Of a stretch of 64,000 bases of DNA, positions 38,650 through 45,152 are shown one piece after another. The notes under the pieces are model-generated. The model was not told where the DNA came from. It worked only from the letters and a program-made list of their open reading frames with translations, and did no database searches. Location: NCBI GenBank assembly GCA_963761725.1, contig CAVXHP010000006.1:253534-317533 (forward strand), written 5' to 3'. A program made the position numbers and the translations under genes. Origin of the DNA: an uncultured Cytophagales bacterium. GTDB taxonomy: Bacteria > Bacteroidota > Bacteroidia > Cytophagales > Bernardetiaceae. Positions within the stretch are counted from its first letter, which is position 1. Each line of letters opens with the position of its first letter.

Positions 38650-39062
38650 AAAATAACAAAAAAAATGAAAAAGATTTATTTCCTTCTCAAGAAGAAGTAG
38701 ATAAATTCAAAATGTTAGAAGGTTTAATTGAATCTATTACTTTAGAAATGAAGGAATTTGCTAAGAAGAAGCCTGATGAAACATTGAATAAGTTTAAGAC
38801 TAATACAATAAATAATATTCTAAAAGACTTGAAAGAAATCATGAGAAAGGAAGCTACCAATGATTATCTTGTTTTATTAGATAAAGATGTTTTACCATCT
38901 AATAGTGATGCTGTGATTGTCATAGGACAATATAACTCAGCAATATCTCAATTTAGAGCAAAATATAATGGTAAAACAGACGAATATTCGTTACAACGTT
39001 GGTTCACACAAGAAAATCCAGGAACTCATTATAAGCAAAGAGGTTTATTAGATGGGTTGTAA
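38646..39062 (+). CDS. Small hypothetical protein, paralogue B (138 aa)
   Basis: Paralogous to 38254-38649 (KKKPDETLNKFKTNTINN...LPSNSDAVIVIGQYNSAISQFRAKY). Translationally coupled to it. Confidence 0.6.
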   Translation: MKNNKKNEKDLFPSQEEVDKFKMLEGLIESITLEMKEFAKKKPDETLNKFKTNTINNILKDLKEIMRKEATNDYLVLLDKDVLPSNSDAVIVIGQYNSAISQFRAKYNGKTDEYSLQRWFTQENPGTHYKQRGLLDGL

Positions 39063-39172
39063 GTTTTATTTTAGTTAAAAATTATAAGCTACATCTATTA
39101 ATTTAGTGGTAGCTTTTTTTATATAAGTAACCATATTGTTAGCAAATAAAAAACATTTAATTTATTATAATT

Positions 39173-39235
39173 GAATCTCCTTCTGTTTTACACTCTAATT
39201 TTTTGCAACTTCTCAAAAGGAAAAATTTCATTTAA
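39173..39235 (+). pseudogene. Orphan 3'-end fragment of a second MazF-like toxin allele
   Basis: Encodes ESPSVLHSNFLQLLKRKNFI*, compared with KSDSVLHSNFLQLLKRKIISTIHE* at 36615-36689. A 31-bp identical core occurs at 36623-36653 and 39181-39211. It is followed by synonymous differences (TTG AAG versus CTC AAA). Confidence 0.75.
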
Positions 39236-39242
39236 AAAAATC

Positions 39243-39280
39243 GCCTACTCACACTAAGGAGAGTAGGAAGCTGGAGACTC
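39243..39280. repeat. 38-bp hairpin-containing direct repeat, copy A
   Basis: GCCTACTCACACTAAGGAGAGTAGGA-agc-TGGAGACTC, preceded by an A-run. CCTACTC/GAGTAGG forms a hairpin. On the minus strand this is a hairpin followed by a T-run, which is terminator-like. Confidence 0.7.
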
Positions 39281-39442
39281 AAATTAAGGTCTCTATGGCA
39301 TTTGCTTTTAAGCTAATGCCTATGAAAATAGCTTATTGATTTTTAAAGAAAGATCAAGTTTTTATTATTTCTACTTATTTACAACTTAATGCTCTAATTG
39401 TCGTACTCATATAGAAGATTTTTTTAATTAAACCTTACTATT

Positions 39443-39778
39443 ATGTCAATAAGAAATGTATTAAGCATAAACTATAGCTTTACACAAGAACAAGAAGAAA
39501 TGATTAATTCTGAAATTCATAAACACGCTAAAGAAAATGCAGGTTTTCTAAGTAAATACTCTGTTGAGTTTAAGTCTGTTAAAATCACTGGGAATAAAAA
39601 TGGAGATTTTATTACTCTTAAAGGGAGTGGTACTGTACAAGGGCATATCACAAAAAGTAGTAATTCTAATTATACCCAAGAGGGTGTAGAGGAAAAAACA
39701 GCATACTTTAATTTTGATGTTTCCATAGATGAAGAAGATGAAATAGTGGTTGAATCTAATAGCACAACTTATATCTAA
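39443..39778 (+). CDS. Hypothetical protein (111 aa)
   Basis: ATG..TAA ORF followed by a strong hairpin. No recognisable motif. Confidence 0.5.
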   Translation: MSIRNVLSINYSFTQEQEEMINSEIHKHAKENAGFLSKYSVEFKSVKITGNKNGDFITLKGSGTVQGHITKSSNSNYTQEGVEEKTAYFNFDVSIDEEDEIVVESNSTTYI

Positions 39779-39794
39779 ATATGTTCTTTTTACT

Positions 39795-39837
39795 AAAAAT
39801 AGCCATTCATAATCAAAAATTATGAGTGGCTATTTTT
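39795..39837. terminator. Hairpin terminator
   Basis: AAAAATAGCCATTCATAAT caaaa ATTATGAGTGGCTATTTTT. Confidence 0.7.
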
Positions 39838-39987
39838 CATTTTATAGGCATTGAAAGTATTAATGATTTATTTCATTTTTCAATTCAGAAAAGAAGTTGA
39901 ATTTATTTTGTCTTTTGGTTTTTTGCCTTTCGGTTCGCTCGTGGAAAAAGAAGAAAAGGAATAGCGAAATGTTGTTTAAAAAAAATT

Positions 39988-40025
39988 GCCTACTCACACT
40001 AAGGAGAGTAGGATGTTGGAGACTC
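39988..40025. repeat. 38-bp hairpin-containing direct repeat, copy B
   Basis: GCCTACTCACACTAAGGAGAGTAGGA-tgt-TGGAGACTC, preceded by an A-run. It matches 39243-39280 at 35 of 38 positions. Confidence 0.7.
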
Positions 40026-40068
40026 TGCCTTTGTTAGTATTCCCACCAACGATATTTTCAATATTTCT

Positions 40069-40099
40069 AATCTCATAATTATTATTTTATCAAAATAAA
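40069..40099 (+). repeat. attR core (31-bp direct repeat)
   Basis: Identical to 24870-24900. It lies 57 bp upstream of the sucD ATG. Confidence 0.8.
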
Positions 40100-40155
40100 A
40101 GGTATTTTTGTCTATATCATTTTTTACATTCACAAAAAATAACTATAACGAAACT

Positions 40156-41043
40156 ATGAGCGTACTTGTAAATAAAGATTCTAAAATTATCGTTCAAGGA
40201 TTTACTGGAAAAGAAGGTTCTTTTCATGCCGAACAAATGATCGAATACGGAACTAATGTAGTAGGTGGAGTTACACCAGGAAAAGGTGGTACTTTGCATT
40301 TGGGTTTGCCTGTTTATGATACGGTTGCTGATGCTGTTGAAGATGCAAAAGCTGATACTTCAATTATTTTTGTTCCACCTGCGTTTGCTGCCGATGCCAT
40401 TATGGAAGCTGCTGATGCTGGAATTAAGGTAATTATTGCGATTACAGAAGGAATTCCTGTTCAGGATATGGTAAAAGCAAAAGCATATGTTTTGGCTCAC
40501 AAAGATTGTCGTCTGATAGGTCCAAACTGTCCTGGAGTAATTACGCCAGGTGAAGCAAAAGTAGGAATTATGCCTGGTTTTGTATTCAAGAAAGGTAAAA
40601 TCGGAATTGTTTCTAAATCAGGAACATTGACGTATGAAGCTGCCGACCAAGTAGTAAAAGCAGGAATGGGAATCTCAACAGCTATCGGAATCGGTGGTGA
40701 CCCAATCATCGGAACAACTACAAAAGAAGCCGTAGAACTTTTGATGAATGACCCAGAAACAGAAGCAATCGTTATGATTGGTGAAATTGGTGGAAACTTA
40801 GAAGCAAATGCTGCTCGTTGGATTAAAGAAACAGGTAATAAGAAGCCAGTAGTTGGTTTTATTGCTGGACAAACAGCTCCAAAAGGAAAACGTATGGGAC
40901 ACGCAGGTGCAATAATCGGAGGTGCAGATGATACAGCAGAAGCAAAAATGCGTATTATGCGTGAATGTGGAATCCACGTGGTAGATTCTCCTGCAAATAT
41001 TGGAGTTACGATGAAAGAAGTTTTGGATAAAGCTCACGCTTAG
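40156..41043 (+). CDS. sucD: Succinate--CoA ligase (ADP-forming) alpha subunit
   Basis: [24 protein letters not shown]...GGVTPGKGG...SKSGTLTYE...MGHAGAII (catalytic His loop). ATG at 40156. Confidence 0.95.
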   Translation: MSVLVNKDSKIIVQGFTGKEGSFHAEQMIEYGTNVVGGVTPGKGGTLHLGLPVYDTVADAVEDAKADTSIIFVPPAFAADAIMEAADAGIKVIIAITEGIPVQDMVKAKAYVLAHKDCRLIGPNCPGVITPGEAKVGIMPGFVFKKGKIGIVSKSGTLTYEAADQVVKAGMGISTAIGIGGDPIIGTTTKEAVELLMNDPETEAIVMIGEIGGNLEANAARWIKETGNKKPVVGFIAGQTAPKGKRMGHAGAIIGGADDTAEAKMRIMRECGIHVVDSPANIGVTMKEVLDKAHA

Positions 41044-41050
41044 TTTCTTC

Positions 41051-41081
41051 AATTACGAATTACGAATTAAAAATTACGAAT
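41051..41081. repeat. Heptamer ATTACGA repeat (left arm)
   Basis: Sequence aattacgaattacgaattaaaaattacgaat. Its inverted partner is at 41172-41200. Confidence 0.8.
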
Positions 41082-41171
41082 GTAAATTGCTATTTATTAG
41101 CTCTCTTTAATTTAAGAATTAGTGTTTTAATTTGTGATAATTAAATTCCTTTCTAAATTAGAAAAAATTCT

Positions 41172-41200
41172 ACGTAATTTTTAATTCGTAATCCGTAATT
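41172..41200. repeat. Heptamer CGTAAT repeat (right arm)
   Basis: Sequence acgtaatttttaattcgtaatccgtaatt. Confidence 0.8.
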
Positions 41201-41205
41201 ATTCA

Positions 41206-42486
41206 TTAATCCTCCAACGTCTGCAAATCTTTCCAAATTCGTTGAATTACGTTTTCTTCTTTTGGATTATAAACCCAATTGTGGTCAAAGACTTCCAATA
41301 TTTCTGCATTTGCATCTTTAGCAATGGCAAGACTGTGAAAACGAGTATCTTTTTGGCGTTCGGTTTCCATTCGTTTTATAAAATCTTCTCTCAAAGAATA
41401 CATCACAAAATCCGAAACCATAAGTACATCGGCATCTTTAAAGTCATTTTCTTTTAACAGGTTTAATGTTTCAGAAAGTGCGGGTGTGGCATCTGTTCCA
41501 CCATCAAAAGACATAGATAAGAAATCTACAATTCTATCCAACGATTCTGCAATATCATCTAAGCGAATTTTCTTTATTCCTACCGAAAACGATATTAAAT
41601 AAGCCTTTCTACTTTCTTTTGCAGCCATTTTCATAATAGCAAAACAGAGCGTTTTGGCAATCTGTGAAGGTGTTCCTTGCATTGAACCACTTGTATCAAT
41701 ACAGACTATAAATGCTCCTTTTTCTTTCTTTTTTTGATGTTGGTGTGAAAATGTTTCTTCTTCAGAATTATAAATAGTCTTTGTTCCTTCGTATTGAAAA
41801 GATAATAATTGACTATCAGCATATTTTTTCAAAAACATCCATTCGGTTTCTGGCGTTGCTAGAAAAGCAATTTCAGACGGCAAGACCGTATTCAAATCAT
41901 TACTTGTTCGTGTTCCGTTTATTTCAGAACGCAAATGTGGGTCTTTTACTTTGGATTGATAAACGACAACTTCTTTATATTCTTCTTCTTCAGTTTCAAT
42001 TTGTGCTTCACGCATTTTTCCTAGTAAATCTACCAGTTCTTGAATCGCTGTTTCGTTTTCTAAAATAGCAGCATATTTTTCTAGTGCTTCAAAACCCGTT
42101 TTTTTCCAAAGTGCTTGCGACAAATCCCAATAACGACCTACTTCCATTGCAAAAGGCGAAATCAGTTTGCCTAATTTTTCCAAATCATCAGCTTTTTGAT
42201 AGAGTTTTTGAGAAAAATCTTCGCTTGCCTCTTCTAAATAGTGAGCTTGAAATTCTAACCATTTTGCTGTCAAAAGTGCGTCCCATTGTGCCAGTAAATC
42301 AGCAATTAAAATATCTAAAGGTAACTTTTTTTCTGCTTGTGGGTCGTATTCTTTTGAGAGAATAAAATCTTTACTTTGAGGTATTAAATCTTTAAATTTT
42401 TGAGTATAGAAGCTACTATCTAACTCTTCTCTATTATATCGAATAGAAAGATAATTGATAAGATTATCCCAATCTGTCAGATACAA
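41206..42486 (-). CDS. ViaA-like von Willebrand factor A (VWA) domain protein
   Basis: MIDAS motif IVCIDTSGSM, then ...GGTD...VLMVSDF. It resembles E. coli ViaA in the C-terminal half. The track start is a TTG. The frame stays open upstream to a TAG at 42601-42603. Confidence 0.75.
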   Translation of the reverse strand: MYLTDWDNLINYLSIRYNREELDSSFYTQKFKDLIPQSKDFILSKEYDPQAEKKLPLDILIADLLAQWDALLTAKWLEFQAHYLEEASEDFSQKLYQKADDLEKLGKLISPFAMEVGRYWDLSQALWKKTGFEALEKYAAILENETAIQELVDLLGKMREAQIETEEEEYKEVVVYQSKVKDPHLRSEINGTRTSNDLNTVLPSEIAFLATPETEWMFLKKYADSQLLSFQYEGTKTIYNSEEETFSHQHQKKKEKGAFIVCIDTSGSMQGTPSQIAKTLCFAIMKMAAKESRKAYLISFSVGIKKIRLDDIAESLDRIVDFLSMSFDGGTDATPALSETLNLLKENDFKDADVLMVSDFVMYSLREDFIKRMETERQKDTRFHSLAIAKDANAEILEVFDHNWVYNPKEENVIQRIWKDLQTLED

Positions 42487-42600
42487 ATGGGTTGGTTTGT
42501 GCGCCCATGCATCAAACTTGTCTTGTTCTTCTTGAAATGGATTTTTTGCATTAATTTTTTTGTCTGTATCTTTTATCCATTTTATGGTGTCATTTATTAT

Positions 42601-42897
42601 CTAAGTGGTCAAAGATTCATTTTCTTTGGCAAGTTTAATAAGCGTTTGATTTTCAAAAATGGTATCTAATGTTTTTCTTAGATATGCAAAATAAGAAGAT
42701 TGAAATTCTTCTTTGTTTATCCCTTCTTCTCCTAATTGATTATATTCACTTTCATTATGTTTACTACTTTCTCCTTTCAGAATTGAATATAAATAAAACA
42801 CCAAAAACTTGCGTGTTGGTTTGTCTAATACTTTTCCAAAATCTATAAAACGGCTAAAGGTAAGTTCTAATTCTTCGTAAGAAATCATGTTCTTCAT
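42601..42897 (-). CDS. Hypothetical 98-aa protein, in the same frame as the downstream VWA gene (possible detached N-terminus)
   Basis: Starts at ATG 42897 and ends at a TAG. There are 38 further sense codons in the same frame before the annotated TTG of the VWA ORF. Confidence 0.4.
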   Translation of the reverse strand: MKNMISYEELELTFSRFIDFGKVLDKPTRKFLVFYLYSILKGESSKHNESEYNQLGEEGINKEEFQSSYFAYLRKTLDTIFENQTLIKLAKENESLTT

Positions 42898-42979
42898 AAT
42901 TGTCAGTTATCAGTTTTTCAGTAAACAGTTATCGCTTGAATACCTTTTGCTGGGTAGAATTGTTATTTAATGGATAAAC

Positions 42980-43465
42980 TTAATTTTCTCCTGCAATTTC
43001 TAAAATAGTAGCAAATAATTGCTCACTTATGAAAACTCCTTGTTGCTTTACTTGAAATAATAAAGGTTTTATTTCACTAATCAATCCTACTTCTTTAGCT
43101 CTAAGAAGCACACCAAACGAACCTATATAATTGCAATTTTGCCTTTGAGCATAAGTTCTACCTAATTTCTCATCAATAATAAGTAAATCAGCTTTCAATT
43201 CTTCGTATAAAATTAAGGCTTGAGCTTCTCCTTTGTCTAAATGATTTTCTAGTTGCTGTAAAGCTAATTTATTATTAACCTCTCTTATTTCTATCCAGTC
43301 ATAACTTTTCAAATCAGTATAAAACTCTTTTTCTACTCCATTTTCTATTTCTTCATATACACCTATTGGAATATATATTTTCCCATAGATTTCTTTCAAT
43401 ATTTCTAGTTTATCTATTACCAAAAACGTAATAATAGGAGTCGTATTTGAAACTATAATATCCAT
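42980..43465 (-). CDS. DUF3368-type PIN-like toxin
   Basis: MDIIVSNTTPIITFLVIDKLEILKEIYGKIYIPIGVYEEI...GEAQALIL...LLIIDEKLGR...GSFGVLLRAKEVGLI. Confidence 0.75.
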   Translation of the reverse strand: MDIIVSNTTPIITFLVIDKLEILKEIYGKIYIPIGVYEEIENGVEKEFYTDLKSYDWIEIREVNNKLALQQLENHLDKGEAQALILYEELKADLLIIDEKLGRTYAQRQNCNYIGSFGVLLRAKEVGLISEIKPLLFQVKQQGVFISEQLFATILEIAGEN

Positions 43466-43466
43466 T

Positions 43467-43745
43467 TTATTTTTTATGTAATCCAGTTTTACGAGCTTTA
43501 TTTAGTTCTTCTTGTAATTCTGATGTGTCTAAATCCTCAAAAATGCTTACTTGATATTGGTTTAATATATCAATAAAAGCAATTTTTGTAACTCCTAATA
43601 AAAATGCTGCTTTCCCAGAAGATACTTTTCCTAATTCATAAAGTTTTATCAGAGCTATTTTTTTTATTTCGTAACTAAACTCTACTTCATTCATGTGAAG
43701 TAAAAAGGCTAGTTCTTGAGGAAAATCTACTTGTAGTTGTTTCAT
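43467..43745 (-). CDS. UPF0175-family antitoxin
   Basis: ALIKLYELGKVSSGKAAFLLGVTKIAFIDILNQYQVSIF. Its stop is 1 nt from the start of the PIN gene. Confidence 0.75.
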   Translation of the reverse strand: MKQLQVDFPQELAFLLHMNEVEFSYEIKKIALIKLYELGKVSSGKAAFLLGVTKIAFIDILNQYQVSIFEDLDTSELQEELNKARKTGLHKK

Positions 43746-43809
43746 TTTTTAATAAAATTAATGTGTAATTATTCAACGAATTAAGTAATCAAAACGTTTT
43801 ACTCTGTTT

Positions 43810-44421
43810 TCATTTCTTCCACTCAAAAGTTTCCAACATGTGCATCATATCATCTTTTGTATATTTCAAAATTGGAGCAAGCGAATCATTTTGGCTAGAA
43901 GTAGGAACGTACATAGCTGCTCTCAAAAAATGCGTAGAACTATCAGAAACCCAATAATTAAAAACTGTCGGAACTTCTCCTTCCGAAAATGTAAAGACAA
44001 TTCCGTTACCCTTTTTTGAATCAATTACTTGGTCAATGGCAGACGAACGAGCTGTGTTTATTTCATTGAAAGTGATTTTGTGAGCATCGTTTACATATTC
44101 CATAAAAAGTTTGGGTTCGTTTTTTATCTCTTTGTAGGTAATATGAATTTCGGCTACACTTATAGGTGCATATTTCAACGTAATCCAATACTCTTCAGCA
44201 TTTTGGCTTTCGTTTTTAACTACTTTAGCGTATTTTGAATGCTCAAAAGAATACGGAAAATTACCTTCTAATTTTACATAACTCTTTTCTGGAAGGTCAA
44301 TTCTGAAATAACCGTAGGGTTTTGGAATAAAACTATCTTCTTCATTTTGGCAGGAAGAAAAAACTAAATTTGTTATAATAAATAAAAAAAGGAGCGTTGC
44401 AATGGGATGGATAAATTTCAT
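43810..44421 (-). CDS. gldD: Gliding motility lipoprotein GldD-like
   Basis: Lipobox FSSC, then PKPYGYFRIDLPEKSY, PYSFEHSKYAKV, SDSSTHFLRAAMYV and DSLAPILKY...ETFEWK. The pattern resembles GldD as recalled from memory. Confidence 0.6.
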   Translation of the reverse strand: MKFIHPIATLLFLFIITNLVFSSCQNEEDSFIPKPYGYFRIDLPEKSYVKLEGNFPYSFEHSKYAKVVKNESQNAEEYWITLKYAPISVAEIHITYKEIKNEPKLFMEYVNDAHKITFNEINTARSSAIDQVIDSKKGNGIVFTFSEGEVPTVFNYWVSDSSTHFLRAAMYVPTSSQNDSLAPILKYTKDDMMHMLETFEWKK

Positions 44422-45152
44422 CTTTTCGTTTTAATTTTCTTAGAATATTTTCTTAGGACTCTACTTGAAATTATATAACTTCAAAAAATAGTTTTTGGTA
44501 TAAATTATTTTTGTTCAATTTATTAAACCAATAAAATTAATTTCTTAGTAAACTTCTTTGCAAGCCCTATCATTATTTCAAATGAAGAGGCAGAATAATT
44601 CAACGAAAGATACATCAAAGGGAACAATAATTGTAAAAGTGATACTTAGATATATCAAAAAAGTGATTGTATTACCAAAATCAAACTGTATTAACACTAT
44701 TTCTTGTAAAAAATCTGTTTTTTAAACAAAAAAATCATAACAAAATCCTATCTTTACTAAAAAAATAGAAATGTATTCGTGTTTTAAAGACTAGAAAAAT
44801 CACAGAATTATTTTAGTAGTAAATAAACGCAAAATCTGTTTTTTTTTGATTTATCACTTTTCACTTTCTTATTCAATCGTGTTAGCGTATTTTTGTTTTT
44901 TCTATATTTTAAGGATTCTATTCAATATGCTACTCAAAAGAACCGTTAAATACGAAAGCGTAAGCTACATAAATAGAGAGTGATTCACTTTGTTTTAGAA
45001 AAGATTTTTTTAGTTTATATTAATTATTCATTTCCTGATTATATTTATCTTGTATTATTATTTTTTAAGTCTATCTATTTGAATGAATAGTTTGTACTCT
45101 GATTTGATAAATAAGTTATTATAGTAATTAAAATATAATTTGATTATATATT

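Larger units (their letters stand above)
24870..40099. mobile_element. Integrated genomic island / integrative plasmid-like element (about 15.2 kb)
   Basis: The 31-bp perfect direct repeat AATCTCATAATTATTATTTTATCAAAATAAA occurs at 24870-24900 and 40069-40099, with imperfect similarity extending about 30 bp leftwards. A tyrosine integrase sits next to the left repeat. The element contains a rep gene, iterons and a toxin. Confidence 0.8.

Noticed and set aside
39063-40068. Search for a suppressor tRNA (anticodon UCA) or any tRNA in the non-coding parts of the island. The three hairpins at 39243-39320 were considered in particular.
   Set aside because: - No T-loop (GTTCRANYC) and no D-loop.
- No 7-nt anticodon loop flanked by a 5-bp stem: GAGAC..GTCTC has a 10-nt loop.
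- No acceptor-stem pairing.
- The other island spacers (24901-25036, 28075-28427, 36690-36879) also lack tRNA-like sequence.
- By-eye inspection cannot fully replace tRNAscan-SE.
40103-40110. Calling a Bacteroidota -7 promoter box (TAnnTTTG = TATTTTTG) for sucD as a feature.
   Set aside because: - No convincing -33 TTTG lies at the expected spacing.
- The motif is common by chance in AT-rich DNA.
- It is mentioned only as context for the att site.
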